DNA of 64,000 bases from Candidatus Dasytiphilus stammeri (GTDB lineage: Bacteria; Pseudomonadota; Gammaproteobacteria; Enterobacterales; Enterobacteriaceae): assembly GCA_041942865.1 (NCBI GenBank), contig CP145875.1:248819-312818 (forward strand), read 5' to 3'. Within the stretch, counting starts at the first letter, position 1, and the number at the start of each line of letters is the position of its first letter. The position numbers and the translations under genes are program-made. The notes under the pieces were generated by a model. It searched no databases. It had not been told where the DNA came from and was given only the letters and a program-made list of their open reading frames with translations. Positions 21,597 through 33,175 of the stretch are shown piece by piece.

Positions 21597-23948
21597 ATGA
21601 ATAACCATGAGTGTTCTGAATGCATTATAATCCCTGTATTACCGCTACGTGACGTCGTGGTTTATCCGCACATGGTTATTCCATTATTCGTTGGTAGAGA
21701 AAAATCGATGCGATGTCTTGCAAACGCAATGGATCAGGGTAAAAAAGTTATGTTAGTGGCACAAAAAGAAGCATTAATGGATGAACCAGGGATCAATGAT
21801 ATTTTTACAGTAGGAACTATTGCATCAATTTTACAAATGTTAAAACTACCGGATGGTACAGTAAAAGTATTAGTTGAAGGATTACAACGGGCACGGATTA
21901 CTGAGTTAACTGACAATAGTGATTATTTTATTGCTAAAGCTGAGTATTTGATTTCACCATTGATCGATGAACGGGAGCAGGAAGTTTTAATCCGTGCCAC
22001 AATTAATCAGTTTGAGGGATACATTAAACTTAATAATAAAATTCCTCCGGAAGTACTGACAGCATTAACTAATGTTGATGATGCAGCACGTCTGGCCGAT
22101 ACCGTTGCCGCACATATGCCATTAAAACTTTCTGAGAAACAATCAGTATTGGAAATTGCAGATGTTAATGAACGTATCGAATATCTTCTAGCGATGATGG
22201 AATCTGAAATGGACTTATTACAGATAGAAAAACGTATCCGTAACCGTGTTAAGAAACAAATGGAAAAAAGTCAGCGTGAATATTATTTAAATGAACAAAT
22301 GAAAGCTATTCAAAAAGAGCTTGGTGAAATGGATGAGACTCCGGATGAAAATGAAATCCTAAAAATAAAAATTCTTGCCTCCAGAATGCCTAAGGAAGCC
22401 CGTGAAAAAGCTGAAGCTGAATTACAAAAATTAAAGATGATGTCACCCATGTCAGCAGAGGCTACAGTAATACGGAGTTACCTTGACTGGATGTTTCAGG
22501 TACCTTGGTATGCTCGCACTAAGGTAAAAAAAGATCTCCGTAAAGCGCAGGAGACGTTAGATACTGACCATTTTGGTTTAAACCGTGTTAAAGAAAGAAT
22601 TATTGAGTATCTGGCTGTCCAAAGCAGAATGAGTAAAATCAAAGGACCCATACTTTGCCTGGTTGGTCCACCTGGAGTAGGCAAAACCTCTTTGGGACAA
22701 TCAATTGCCAAAGCAACTGGACGTAAATATGTGCGGATGGCTTTAGGTGGAGTGCGTGACGAAGCAGAAATTCGTGGGCATCGTCGTACCTATATTGGCT
22801 CGATGCCTGGTAAATTGATACAGAAAATGGCAAAAGTAGGAGTAAAAAATCCCTTATTTTTGCTAGACGAGATCGATAAAATGTCATTAGATATGCGTGG
22901 AGATCCAGCTTCAGCGTTATTAGAAGTACTTGATCCAGAGCAAAATAACGCTTTTAATGATCATTATATTGATGTGGACTATGATCTATCTGATGTAATG
23001 TTTGTTGCTACCTCAAACACTATGAATATTCCTGCTCCATTGTTAGATCGGATGGAGGTAATTCGTCTTTCTGGATATACTGAAGACGAAAAATTCAATA
23101 TCGCTACTAGTTATTTATTGCCAAAACAAATTAAACGTAACGCCTTAAAAAAGGGTGAAATAATTGTAGATCAAAAAGCGATAATTAACATGATTCGTTT
23201 TTATACACGTGAAGCCGGTGTACGTAATCTTGAAAGAGAATTATCAAAAATCTGTCGTAAGGCAGTAAAAGCTTTACTAATGGATAGTAGTCTTAAGCAT
23301 ATTGAAGTAAATAACAATAATATTAAATCCTATTTAGGAACTCAGCGTTTTGACTATGGACGTGCCGATATTGAAAATCATATTGGGCAAGTATCTGGAT
23401 TAGCATGGACCGAGGTAGGAGGAGAGCTCTTAACTATTGAGACTGCCTGTGTTCCAGGTAAAGGTAAGTTATCTTATACCGGTTACTTGGGAGAAGTAAT
23501 GCAGGAGTCTATACAAGCGGCCCTTACTGTTGTTAGAGCCCGTGCTAATAAATTAGGCATTAATAGTGATTTTTATGAAAAATGTGATATACATGTACAT
23601 GTCCCTGAAGGTGCCACACCAAAAGATGGTCCCAGTGCTGGTATTGCTATGTGTACCGTATTGGTATCTTGTCTTACTGGCAATCCGGTTCGTGCTGATG
23701 TAGCCATGACTGGTGAAATTACTTTAAGGGGTCAAGTATTACCTATTGGTGGTTTAAAAGAAAAATTGCTGGCAGCCCATCGTGCAGGTATAAAGATAGT
23801 AATTATTCCTTATAAAAATCAACGTAATCTAGAGGATCTTCCGGATAACGTTCGTGCTAATTTAAAAATTTATCCGGTCAAACGCATTGAGGAAGTACTT
23901 AAAATTGCATTACAGAATGATCCAGAAAAATCCTCCAAGGTAAATTGA
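21597..23948 (+). CDS. lon: Lon protease
   Basis: IPVLPLRDVVVYPHMVIPLFVGREKS, GPPGVGKTS, PKDGPSAGI (catalytic Ser). Start trimmed to MNNHE by homology with E. coli Lon. Confidence 0.96.
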   Translation: MNNHECSECIIIPVLPLRDVVVYPHMVIPLFVGREKSMRCLANAMDQGKKVMLVAQKEALMDEPGINDIFTVGTIASILQMLKLPDGTVKVLVEGLQRARITELTDNSDYFIAKAEYLISPLIDEREQEVLIRATINQFEGYIKLNNKIPPEVLTALTNVDDAARLADTVAAHMPLKLSEKQSVLEIADVNERIEYLLAMMESEMDLLQIEKRIRNRVKKQMEKSQREYYLNEQMKAIQKELGEMDETPDENEILKIKILASRMPKEAREKAEAELQKLKMMSPMSAEATVIRSYLDWMFQVPWYARTKVKKDLRKAQETLDTDHFGLNRVKERIIEYLAVQSRMSKIKGPILCLVGPPGVGKTSLGQSIAKATGRKYVRMALGGVRDEAEIRGHRRTYIGSMPGKLIQKMAKVGVKNPLFLLDEIDKMSLDMRGDPASALLEVLDPEQNNAFNDHYIDVDYDLSDVMFVATSNTMNIPAPLLDRMEVIRLSGYTEDEKFNIATSYLLPKQIKRNALKKGEIIVDQKAIINMIRFYTREAGVRNLERELSKICRKAVKALLMDSSLKHIEVNNNNIKSYLGTQRFDYGRADIENHIGQVSGLAWTEVGGELLTIETACVPGKGKLSYTGYLGEVMQESIQAALTVVRARANKLGINSDFYEKCDIHVHVPEGATPKDGPSAGIAMCTVLVSCLTGNPVRADVAMTGEITLRGQVLPIGGLKEKLLAAHRAGIKIVIIPYKNQRNLEDLPDNVRANLKIYPVKRIEEVLKIALQNDPEKSSKVN

Positions 23949-23993
23949 GTATAAGGTGGTTATTAATATTAAGTAATCGGAGTCAAATTATAC

Positions 23994-25823
23994 ATGATGG
24001 AAAAATTACGGGCGGTGTCAAATAATTTTGTAATTAAAATACTCATGGGATTTATCATATTGATGATTGCAATAACCGGTATAGGTAATTACTTAGGTAA
24101 ACGTCAAAATGATTATGCTGTTATGGTTAATAACCATACAATTAGTCGTGTACAATTTGAACAAGCTTTAGCGTTGACGCTACTTCGAGAGCAGCAATTA
24201 CTCGGTGAGCAGTTTACTGAATGGGCAACTAATGATAATTATATGCAGCAGTTGCGTCAGCAGGTTTTACATCAGCTCATTGATGAAGTCTTGCTACAAC
24301 AGTATGTAAATAATCTAAGAATGGATATGGATGATGAACAAATTAAAGAAGTAATTTTCCACCAGCCAGAATTTATGATTGATGGACAATTTAACTTCGA
24401 TCGTTATAGAAATTTTCTTCACCACATAGGATTGACCAGTCAGCAATATGCTGAAACATTACGTAAAAAATTAACTGTCAGTCAATTACTTAATGCTATC
24501 GCAAACACTGAATTTATGCTAAATTCTGAAAAAGAAGTATTGACGTCATTGATTAAACAAGAGCGTGTCATACATAAAGCAGTCATTAATGTTTCTGCTC
24601 TGGCTAAAAAACAACTGGTTAACGAAACTGAAATCAAAAATTACTATCAGCAACACTCAAATTTTTTTATGCTACCAGAGCAATTCAGAGTGAGCTATAT
24701 AAACCTCGATGCCACCAAAATACCGAAGCCACAGGTCAGTAACCTAGAAATTAAAAGTTGGTATAATTTACACAAAAGAGACTATATTCAACAACCACGG
24801 TATAAGTACAGTATTATTCAACTTAAAACCAAAGCAGATGCGGCGGTTTTATTGGAACAACTCAAAAAAGGCGCAAAGTTTTTCCAAATAGCAAAGTCAA
24901 AATCTATTGATCCGATTACTGCACCTCTAGGTGGAAAAATGGAATGGATGGACACCTCAGATATCCCAGATGAATTAAGAAATGCCAAATTGCAAGAAAA
25001 GGGTCAAATTTCAGAAATCATCAAGTCTTCCATTGGTTACTTAATTGTGCGTCTTGATGATATACAACCTCAAAGTATCATCCCATTAAATACTATACGT
25101 ACAATGATAACTAATCAAATACAACAAGCCAAAATAATAAACGCATATTATAAATTACAACAAAAAATGATTGAAGCAGCTAATAATAATAGTAAATCTC
25201 TTGCTCTCGTGGAAAAAGCCACTGGGATTAAAGCAGTAAAAACTGGATGGTTTAGCCTTGAAAATCTACCAAAAGATTTAAAGCCTATTTGGCGGCTCCT
25301 GGGAGATAAATCGTTCTTATTAGGAAATAATTCTGAGGTGATTTCTAGTGAAAATCACCGAGCTTTAATTGTGCGTCTTAGCCAACATAGATCAGCACGT
25401 TTGGAATCCATTAGTAAGATACATGATATTATTTCCTTATCTATTAAGCGTGAAAAAGCTGAACGGCAAGCAGAGGATAAAGCCGAACAATTATTATCAG
25501 CGCTTAATGTCGGTAAACCAGTGGATAATTTAATTTTTGGAAGCGCCATAGTTATGAAACGTGATAACCAAGATCGTATAACACAGACGGTTTTCGCTAT
25601 CAAGCCACCGGAAAAAAACCATATTTCTTATGGTATTGGTAAAGATCTGCAAGGTAATATAGTACTAATAGCTTTATATGAAGTGCGTTATGGAAAATAT
25701 CATCAACTAGATGATAGTTCCATATTCGACAGCATAAGACAACATAAAAACAATATGATTTTAACCTCTTTATTAAAAAATCTTCGCCAACAGAGTCAAA
25801 TTAAGTACGGAAGAATGAACTAA
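23994..25823 (+). CDS. ppiD: periplasmic chaperone / PPIase PpiD
   Basis: N-terminal TM anchor, colinear with E. coli PpiD (FRVSYI, GYLIVRLDDIQP). Located downstream of lon. Confidence 0.88.
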   Translation: MMEKLRAVSNNFVIKILMGFIILMIAITGIGNYLGKRQNDYAVMVNNHTISRVQFEQALALTLLREQQLLGEQFTEWATNDNYMQQLRQQVLHQLIDEVLLQQYVNNLRMDMDDEQIKEVIFHQPEFMIDGQFNFDRYRNFLHHIGLTSQQYAETLRKKLTVSQLLNAIANTEFMLNSEKEVLTSLIKQERVIHKAVINVSALAKKQLVNETEIKNYYQQHSNFFMLPEQFRVSYINLDATKIPKPQVSNLEIKSWYNLHKRDYIQQPRYKYSIIQLKTKADAAVLLEQLKKGAKFFQIAKSKSIDPITAPLGGKMEWMDTSDIPDELRNAKLQEKGQISEIIKSSIGYLIVRLDDIQPQSIIPLNTIRTMITNQIQQAKIINAYYKLQQKMIEAANNNSKSLALVEKATGIKAVKTGWFSLENLPKDLKPIWRLLGDKSFLLGNNSEVISSENHRALIVRLSQHRSARLESISKIHDIISLSIKREKAERQAEDKAEQLLSALNVGKPVDNLIFGSAIVMKRDNQDRITQTVFAIKPPEKNHISYGIGKDLQGNIVLIALYEVRYGKYHQLDDSSIFDSIRQHKNNMILTSLLKNLRQQSQIKYGRMN

Positions 25824-26088
25824 TCCTTTAGCACGTAAATAACAGGAGGCACCATTTCCACAAATCACCTTTAATACCCTTGTCACAAGTTATGGTTTCA
25901 TTGCGAATGCTTCCAGTGTGCCCATCACCATCAGCTATAGGGGTTTCAAACCTTAGCGGCTACTTCTTTCAAAAGTATAAGAGCTGCTAACTTCTATCTC
26001 AACACGATGACGCTGACCATTACAGTGGACATCAAGGCTTGAATCAGAAAAGTGGTTGATGCCCCTAGTTCGACGTTTAAGAATGACA

Positions 26089-26976
26089 TCATTTCGATTT
26101 AGCATATTTTAAGGTTAGAAGTATCCCTATGGTTAGAGGGATCATTAGCCATAAAGTTTTTAAACCAATGCCAGATCCCATAAATAGATGATCTAGTAAT
26201 ATGGCAATTACCGGAAACATTAGAAAAACTAGTGAAGCATGAAAAGGGATAGCTAATCGCTGTAAATAAAAATAACCAATCATTCCCAATACATTAGATA
26301 CCATACCTAAATAAACTAGAGACAATAATGACGAAACAGAGAATGTGGCGTAACTTGGTTTTTCTATAATATAACCAATAAACGTTAGTAATAATCCTGC
26401 ACCTAAACAAGGTAAAGTATTATAGGTTAGTATAGAAACTTGTTCATCTCTTTTATTAAATAATACATACATAATAGCATGCATTATCACCGCCATAATT
26501 AAAGCCAAAATTCCTTTGAAACTATTTCCTACGATAGGATTAGTTTCTTTAAGCAAAATAACAATTAGAGATAACATACTAATTAATAATCCTACGGTTT
26601 GTTTAAAAGAAATTCTTGCTTTAACTAGGATAATAGATGCTAATAAAACAGCAACTGGCATGGTTGCAAAAATAATAGCCGCTAAGCCAGCACTAGTATA
26701 ACGTTCGCCATAAAACATTAGCGTGAATGGAAGAGTAAAATAACACATACATATCATAACTTGGAAACTACGGCTTCCGGCAGCAAATAAAATTGGTTGT
26801 TTAGTTAACATCGCGATTAAAAGTAACACTGGTGAAGCACATAGAAAACGTAATCCGGTAGCAAAAATTGGAGGTACCGTTTGGATGGCTATTTTCATCG
26901 CCATCCACGTGGTTCCCCATGTCAAAGAAACTATCATAAATAAGCCGATAATTTTCCAGGTTTTATTGATTTTCAT
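26089..26976 (-). CDS. EamA/DMT-superfamily transporter (10 TM)
   Basis: 295-aa polytopic membrane protein with a duplicated 5-TM pattern typical of EamA domains. No specific ortholog recognised. Confidence 0.6.
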   Translation of the reverse strand: MKINKTWKIIGLFMIVSLTWGTTWMAMKIAIQTVPPIFATGLRFLCASPVLLLIAMLTKQPILFAAGSRSFQVMICMCYFTLPFTLMFYGERYTSAGLAAIIFATMPVAVLLASIILVKARISFKQTVGLLISMLSLIVILLKETNPIVGNSFKGILALIMAVIMHAIMYVLFNKRDEQVSILTYNTLPCLGAGLLLTFIGYIIEKPSYATFSVSSLLSLVYLGMVSNVLGMIGYFYLQRLAIPFHASLVFLMFPVIAILLDHLFMGSGIGLKTLWLMIPLTIGILLTLKYAKSK

Positions 26977-27141
26977 GTTAGTGTCTCGATATTGGTATAT
27001 AGTGCTGTGCTGCCAAAAGATCCTCGCATTATTGCCAATGACCTTATTGGTTATGAACTAAATTTAAGGATGCATGTTGTTTGTTACTATACTTACTCAA
27101 GTATTACCTTAATTCATTACTACTCTAACTCTACTATACTA

Positions 27142-28212
27142 TTAATATTTCATATTTCCACATTGAGCACGATGGCGTAATAAATGATCCATTATTACAA
27201 TAGCTATCATAGCTTCAGCTATTGGTACTGCACGAATCCCAACGCAAGGGTCATGGCGACCACGCGTCACAATCTCTACAGCATGACCTAATTTATTAAT
27301 AGTATCACCTGGAACCATAATGCTAGAAGTCGGTTTCATTGCCAAATGCGCTATGATTGGCTGTCCACTACTAATTCCCCCTAGGATGCCACCAGCATGA
27401 TTACTTTTAAAACCATTGACAGATATCTCATCACGATGTTCACTTCCACGTTTGTTAATTACAGAGAAACCATCCCCGATTTCTACTCCTTTAACAGCAT
27501 TGATACTCATTAAAGCATGTGCTAAATCTGCATCAAGACGATCAAAAACTGGTTCTCCCAATCCTACCGGGATATTTTCAGCTACAACGGTAACTTTCGC
27601 CCCAATCGAATCTCCATCTTTTTTTAAGTTTCTCATCATACTATCTAAAGCAACTAATTGGTCGCTATTAGGGCAGAAAAATTCATTTTTATTGACTTGT
27701 TCCCAATTTTTAAAATCACAGACAATATTTCCTATTTGTGCTAAATAGCCTTGAATTTTTATGTCATGTTTTAGTCTCAGGTATTTTTTTGCAATTGCTC
27801 CGGCAGCTACACGCATAGCAGTTTCTCTAGCAGAAGAACGACCACCTCCACGATAATCTCTTAAACCATATTTTTTTTCATAAGTATAGTCGGCATGACC
27901 TGGACGAAAGATATCTTTAATAGTACTATAGTCTTTGGAACGTTGGTCGTGATTTTCTATCAATAGACCAATACTAGTCCCAGTAGTAACTCCTTCAAAT
28001 ATCCCCGAAAGAATTTTGACACGATCTAGCTCACGACGCTGAGTGGTATAGCGCGAAAATCCTGGTTTTCGACGATCCAGATCGGGTTGAATGTCTTCTT
28101 CTGCAAGTATGATTCCTGGTGGAACACCATCTATAATACATCCTAATGCATTACCATGTGATTCACCAAAAGTAGTTACCCGAAAAATTTGTCCAATACT
28201 ATTGCCCGCCAT
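27142..28212 (-). CDS. aroC: chorismate synthase
   Basis: [27 protein letters not shown] and RSSARETA motifs. Confidence 0.95.
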   Translation of the reverse strand: MAGNSIGQIFRVTTFGESHGNALGCIIDGVPPGIILAEEDIQPDLDRRKPGFSRYTTQRRELDRVKILSGIFEGVTTGTSIGLLIENHDQRSKDYSTIKDIFRPGHADYTYEKKYGLRDYRGGGRSSARETAMRVAAGAIAKKYLRLKHDIKIQGYLAQIGNIVCDFKNWEQVNKNEFFCPNSDQLVALDSMMRNLKKDGDSIGAKVTVVAENIPVGLGEPVFDRLDADLAHALMSINAVKGVEIGDGFSVINKRGSEHRDEISVNGFKSNHAGGILGGISSGQPIIAHLAMKPTSSIMVPGDTINKLGHAVEIVTRGRHDPCVGIRAVPIAEAMIAIVIMDHLLRHRAQCGNMKY

Positions 28213-28251
28213 TATAATTAGTTCCTTATTTGATTAAATCTGCTGCTTTGG

Positions 28252-29178
28252 TTAATCAATGCTCATATATTTATTATTGGCAAGTAATTGCGCTTTAGTC
28301 AACATAAAAACACCTTCACCGCCATGATTAAAATCTAGCCAAATGAATGGAACCTTAGGATAGTGTGCGATTAGATGCTCTTGATTATTTCCAACTTCGC
28401 AAATTAATATGCCATTATCATTCAGATAATCTGCGGCAGAGTAGATAATACGACGAATTAAATTTAGTCCATCGGTACCAGCTACTAAAGCTATTTCAGG
28501 TTCAAAGTGATATTCATTAGGTAAGGTACTCATTTCATCTATCTTTACGTAAGGTGGATTGGAAATGATCATATCGTATTTTTTTTTAGCTATCTTACCA
28601 AAAAGATCTGAAAGTATAGGTGTTACTAAATTTTGAACGCCATGAGCCGCAATATTTTTTTCAGCAACTGCTAAGGCATCGGCAGAAATATCTACTGCAT
28701 CGACTCTAACCTTCGCAAAGGCATGACTACATGCAATTGCAATACAACCGCTTCCCGTACACATATCAAGAAGATCTTCGGGTTCTCCTTCAATCAGTGA
28801 TGCGAAATGGTTTTCAATTAATTCTCCGATTGGAGAACGTGGGATTAATACTCGTTCATCAATATAAAACTCATGTCCACAAAACCATGCTTTGTTAGTT
28901 AGATAAGCTACAGGGATGCGTTCATTAACCCGACGCATAATCCTTTTAACAATATGTTGTCGTTCTTGGATAGTGAGTCTGGCTCCATAAAGATTTACCG
29001 GATAGTTTAATGGTAGTAAAAGTGTGGGTAATACCAGTCTCACTGCTTCATCCCAAGGATTGTCTGTGCCATGACCATAATAGATATTTGCCGCCGAAAA
29101 ATAGCTAGTTGTCCAACGTAGTATATCTAGGATAGTATGCATATTACTTATTACTTCATCTTCATGAAATTCTCCCAT
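28252..29178 (-). CDS. prmB: ribosomal protein uL3 glutamine methyltransferase PrmB
   Basis: [25 protein letters not shown] motif, NPPY catalytic motif. Colinear with E. coli PrmB. Confidence 0.9.
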   Translation of the reverse strand: MGEFHEDEVISNMHTILDILRWTTSYFSAANIYYGHGTDNPWDEAVRLVLPTLLLPLNYPVNLYGARLTIQERQHIVKRIMRRVNERIPVAYLTNKAWFCGHEFYIDERVLIPRSPIGELIENHFASLIEGEPEDLLDMCTGSGCIAIACSHAFAKVRVDAVDISADALAVAEKNIAAHGVQNLVTPILSDLFGKIAKKKYDMIISNPPYVKIDEMSTLPNEYHFEPEIALVAGTDGLNLIRRIIYSAADYLNDNGILICEVGNNQEHLIAHYPKVPFIWLDFNHGGEGVFMLTKAQLLANNKYMSID

Positions 29179-29309
29179 ATTTTATCCTTATTTTATGTTT
29201 ACTGCGTTTCTTCTAAGATTAGAAGAGAGAGAGGATACAAACCATCTATAATTAGAGATCATTAGGTCATAAAAAAATAATTCATGGGTAATAGTATGTA
29301 TGCCTAATT

Positions 29310-29900
29310 TCAAAAATAGTGCAATAATCTTTGTAAGATGTACAATATTTTAAAAAAACAATGCATATTTATATTTGCAACGGATAAATAAAAAGAAGAA
29401 GATAATGGCATTATTATTGCTATACCTGTAAAAGCAAGACAAAACAATCGTTCAGAATTTTTTACTTTTTGAAATTTAATTAATGGTAACCGAAACCTCC
29501 GGCGCCATGGCCATAAAAGCGGAATACCATAAGGTGTAATAAAATCCGCAATTAAATGACTTATATAGCCTATTATCATTCCATGCAAAACATCTGCTGG
29601 CAGCAGATATTGCAAATTTATCGTAACTGCTTGATGGAAGATTGCAATGCTAACAGCAACTACTAGTATACTGTGAGTGAAACCTCGATGTCCAAAAAAA
29701 TATCTCAGAGGATAAGATAACCATTTTAAACGTCGCCCCAGGGTCGAATGAGGATGATCTAGATCTGGCAATAGTGAAGTTAACAGTGCTGAAGGAATAA
29801 TATGCCACCAGTCTCCATGAGTGATAACTGGTGTTAAGTGAGCACGTTTAGCAAAAATCGCCATCGCCATCGCAAAAATCAAATGACCTTTAGCTGTCAT
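29310..29900 (-). CDS. ydjM: inner-membrane metal-dependent hydrolase YdjM
   Basis: GDWWHI.PSA, LPD.DHP.S, GHRGFTHS and PLLWP.R.RFRLP are colinear with E. coli YdjM. 196 aa. Confidence 0.85.
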   Translation of the reverse strand: MTAKGHLIFAMAMAIFAKRAHLTPVITHGDWWHIIPSALLTSLLPDLDHPHSTLGRRLKWLSYPLRYFFGHRGFTHSILVVAVSIAIFHQAVTINLQYLLPADVLHGMIIGYISHLIADFITPYGIPLLWPWRRRFRLPLIKFQKVKNSERLFCLAFTGIAIIMPLSSSFYLSVANINMHCFFKILYILQRLLHYF

Positions 29901-29985
29901 ATGTTGTTATACCTGAAAGGATAATTTAGTAGAGTCTACTTTCTCAAATAGAAGCTATTATATATAATTCAGGGTAGTGATAAGT

Positions 29986-30029
29986 ACCAGAAATGATGCA
30001 TTGAATTTACAATTCAACCAACTTCTGGT
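29986..30029 (+). promoter_or_regulatory. structured element in the thrS 5' leader (nested inverted repeats)
   Basis: ACCAGAA...TTGAATT-tac-AATTCAA...TTCTGGT nested stems about 60 nt upstream of the thrS ATG. The downstream arm runs into CTGGTAA, which resembles a tRNA-Thr(GGU) anticodon loop. E. coli thrS is autoregulated through a tRNA-like operator. Confidence 0.3.
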
Positions 30030-30089
30030 AAAACTTTAGCAAGTAATCTTCGCTTCGGTATTGATTCCCACTACAACTAAGGATTAATA

Positions 30090-32012
30090 ATGTTCTCTAT
30101 TACTATTCATAACGGAACCGTGTATGATTTCAATTATGCTGTTAGCATCATTGAGATTGCTAATCAAACTATCGGTTATGACCTAGCTAAATTTTGTATC
30201 GCGGGGATTGTTAATGGTGAATTAAAAGATCTATCTGATCTGGTAACTGACGATGCTATAGTGAACTTTGTTACTCCGAATGATGAATTTGGTATAAAAA
30301 TTATCCGACATTCCTGCGCTCACCTGTTAGGTCATGCTATCAAACAATTATGGCCTGAAACTAAGATGGCTATTGGTCCAGTTTTTGAAAACGGTTTTTT
30401 TTATGATGTAGATCTTAATCATTCTCTAAATAATGAAGATCTAATGCGATTAGAACAGAGAATGCATGAATTGGCTGATAAAAAATACGACGTTATTAAG
30501 AAGAACGTCAGCTGGCAGCAAGCTCGTGATATCTTTATTACCCGAGATGAACCATATAAAATTGCTATTCTTGACGAAAATATAAGTAGCGATGTTAGTC
30601 CTGGTTTGTATTATCATGAAGAGTACATTGATATGTGTCGTGGTCCACATGTTCCTAATATACGATTTTGTAACTACTTTGCCCTACAAAAAATCTCAGG
30701 TGCTTATTGGAGGAGCAACAAGAATAATAAGATGCTACAACGTATTTATGGTACTGCTTGGTCCGATCAAGATCAATTAATTAAATATTTGCAAGGCATG
30801 GAAGAGATCACGAAGCGTGATCATCGTAAAATCGGTAAAAATTTAGAATTATATCATATGCAGAAAGAAGCTCCGGGAATGGTATTCTGGCATAATGATG
30901 GTTTGCTGATGTTACGTGAAATTAAATCTTTTATGCGCTTTAAGCTCAAAGAATACGAGTATCAAGAAGTCAAAAGTCCATTGATATTAGATCGTAGCTT
31001 ATGGGAAACAACAGGACATTGGAAAAACTATCAAGAAGCAATGTTTCTAACATCATCAGAAGAGCGGCAATATTGCATTAAGCCAATGAATTGCCCAGGA
31101 CATATACAAATCTACAATAATAAAATTAAATCCTACCGTGATTTGCCATTCCGGATGGCAGAATTTGGTAGTTGTCATCGTAATGAGCCTTCAGGCGCAC
31201 TACATGGATTAATGCGGCTACGTAGTTTTACTCAAGATGATGCTCATATCTTCTGTACAAAAGATCAGATACTTCCTGAAGTAAATCACTGTATGAAAAT
31301 GTTATACGAGGTATACAGCACTTTTGGTTTTGATAAAATCCAGGTGAATTTATCGACTCGTCCTGAAATCAGGATTGGTAACGATATGCTGTGGGATCAG
31401 GCAGAAGAGGATTTAGTCATGGCACTCAAAAATAGGAATATTCCATTTAAATATCAGTATGGAAATGGAGCTTTTTATGGGCCTAAAATTGAATTTATAC
31501 TACATGATTGTCTGGGTCGTGCATGGCAATGTGGTACTATTCAACTAGACTTTTTTTTACCTGAACGTCTTAAGGCTTTTTATATAGATGAATCTAATAG
31601 AAAACAGATACCCGTAATGATTCATAGGGCAATTTTAGGTTCATTAGAACGATTTATAGGCATAATAACGGAAGAATATGCAGGTTTTTTTCCAGTTTGG
31701 TTAGCACCAGTGCAGGTGATCTTAATGAATATCACTAATCGTCAATCTAATTATGTTAAGCAATTAGCTAATATATTTAAAGAATCTGGTATTAGAGTAA
31801 GAGTTGACTTGAGAAATGAAAAAATTGGCTTTAAAATTCGTGAACACACCTTGAGGAGAATTCCCTATATGCTGATATGTGGCGATAAAGAAATGGAATT
31901 AGGAGAAGTGGCGGTCAGAACTAGGTTAGGTAAAAATATTGGAAATATGAAAGTTAATAATCTACTAGAAAAGCTGTGGCACGAAATTAAGGTTCGTAAG
32001 ATTCAACAATAG
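30090..32012 (+). CDS. thrS: threonyl-tRNA synthetase
   Basis: [38 protein letters not shown]. Colinear with E. coli ThrRS. Confidence 0.96.
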   Translation: MFSITIHNGTVYDFNYAVSIIEIANQTIGYDLAKFCIAGIVNGELKDLSDLVTDDAIVNFVTPNDEFGIKIIRHSCAHLLGHAIKQLWPETKMAIGPVFENGFFYDVDLNHSLNNEDLMRLEQRMHELADKKYDVIKKNVSWQQARDIFITRDEPYKIAILDENISSDVSPGLYYHEEYIDMCRGPHVPNIRFCNYFALQKISGAYWRSNKNNKMLQRIYGTAWSDQDQLIKYLQGMEEITKRDHRKIGKNLELYHMQKEAPGMVFWHNDGLLMLREIKSFMRFKLKEYEYQEVKSPLILDRSLWETTGHWKNYQEAMFLTSSEERQYCIKPMNCPGHIQIYNNKIKSYRDLPFRMAEFGSCHRNEPSGALHGLMRLRSFTQDDAHIFCTKDQILPEVNHCMKMLYEVYSTFGFDKIQVNLSTRPEIRIGNDMLWDQAEEDLVMALKNRNIPFKYQYGNGAFYGPKIEFILHDCLGRAWQCGTIQLDFFLPERLKAFYIDESNRKQIPVMIHRAILGSLERFIGIITEEYAGFFPVWLAPVQVILMNITNRQSNYVKQLANIFKESGIRVRVDLRNEKIGFKIREHTLRRIPYMLICGDKEMELGEVAVRTRLGKNIGNMKVNNLLEKLWHEIKVRKIQQ

Positions 32013-32024
32013 GAGGGATAGAGT

Positions 32025-32567
32025 ATTAAAATCGGAAAACCAATTCAACAAATACGTCCTAATAGGATTAATCGCGAAATATATGTAAATGAGGTTCGTC
32101 TGACGGATGTTAACGGCGAATCAATTGGTATTGTAAGTCTGAATGAAGCTTTAGAAAGAGCGGAGAAGGCTGGATTAGATCTAGTAGAAATTAGTCCTAA
32201 CGCCGATCCACCAGTTTGTCGGATGATAGACTATGGTAAATTTCTTTACGAAAAGAGTAAAATATCAAAAGAGCAGAAAAAAAAGCAAAAAATTATTCAG
32301 GTAAAAGAAATCAAATTACGTCCAGTAACGGATGAAGGAGACTATCAGGTAAAACTACGTAGCCTAATGAGATTTTTAGAAGATGGTGATAGAGCTAAAA
32401 TTACATTACGTTTTCGCGGACGTGAAATGGCGCATCAACAAATTGGTATTGAAATGCTTAATCGCCTTAAAGGCGATCTCAAAGAAATCGCGGTAGTTGA
32501 ATATTTTTCTACTAAAATAGAAGGAAGACAAATGATCATGGTACTGGCTCCAAAGAAAAAAAACTAA
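32025..32567 (+). CDS. infC: translation initiation factor IF-3, ATT start codon
   Basis: The track ORF (32223-) is only the C-terminal part. Reading upstream in frame gives [72 protein letters not shown], starting at ATT 32025, 12 nt after the thrS stop. This gives 180 codons, as in E. coli IF3, which uses AUU. Confidence 0.9.
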   Translation: MKIGKPIQQIRPNRINREIYVNEVRLTDVNGESIGIVSLNEALERAEKAGLDLVEISPNADPPVCRMIDYGKFLYEKSKISKEQKKKQKIIQVKEIKLRPVTDEGDYQVKLRSLMRFLEDGDRAKITLRFRGREMAHQQIGIEMLNRLKGDLKEIAVVEYFSTKIEGRQMIMVLAPKKKN

Positions 32568-32589
32568 TATTTAAAAGAGGTGTTTTAGT

Positions 32590-32787
32590 ATGCCAAAAAT
32601 TAGAACAGTACGAGGTGCTCTTAAGCGCTTCAAGAAAACTGCTTCTGGCAGTTTGAAGCATAAAAAAGCTAGTCTTCGTCATATCTTGACTAAAAAATCC
32701 GCTAAACGTAAACGTCATCTACGTTCAAAAGATATGGTATCTAAAGTAGATTTAGGATTAGTATTGGTATGCATGCCATACGCATGA
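32590..32787 (+). CDS. rpmI: 50S ribosomal protein L35
   Basis: [19 protein letters not shown], 65 aa, in the infC-rpmI-rplT order. Confidence 0.93.
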   Translation: MPKIRTVRGALKRFKKTASGSLKHKKASLRHILTKKSAKRKRHLRSKDMVSKVDLGLVLVCMPYA

Positions 32788-32815
32788 AGTTTATATTCAT
32801 AAAAGGAGAGCATAT

Positions 32816-33175
32816 ATGGCTCGTGTAAAACGCAGTATTGTTGCTCGTGCACGTCATAAAAAAATCTTGAAACAAGCTAAAGGATATTATGGAGCGCGTT
32901 CTCGTGTCTATCGAATTGCCCTTCAAGCTGTTATTAAAGCTGGTCAGTACGCTTATCGTGACCGACGGCAGCGTAAACGTCAGTTTCGAAAACTATGGAT
33001 CATGCGCATTAATGCAGCCGCCAGAAAAAACGGGCTATCTTATAGCAGTTTAATGAACGGACTGAAAAAATCGTCTATAACAATAGATCGTAAAGTATTA
33101 GCTGATATAGCGGTTTTTGATACCCCTGCATTTTCCGCATTAGTTAACAAATCGAAAATGACATTATCATTTTAA
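32816..33175 (+). CDS. rplT: 50S ribosomal protein L20
   Basis: MARVKR...[22 protein letters not shown]. Confidence 0.95.
   Translation: MARVKRSIVARARHKKILKQAKGYYGARSRVYRIALQAVIKAGQYAYRDRRQRKRQFRKLWIMRINAAARKNGLSYSSLMNGLKKSSITIDRKVLADIAVFDTPAFSALVNKSKMTLSF

Noticed and set aside
27416-27748. Long antisense ORFs inside well-supported genes (also 12355-12678, 44068-44355, 47800-48189, 56621-56845, 57167-57406, 60301-60567, 61645-61941 and others)
   Set aside because: Each is embedded opposite a gene with clear full-length homology. Such shadow ORFs are expected, and none shows a recognisable domain.
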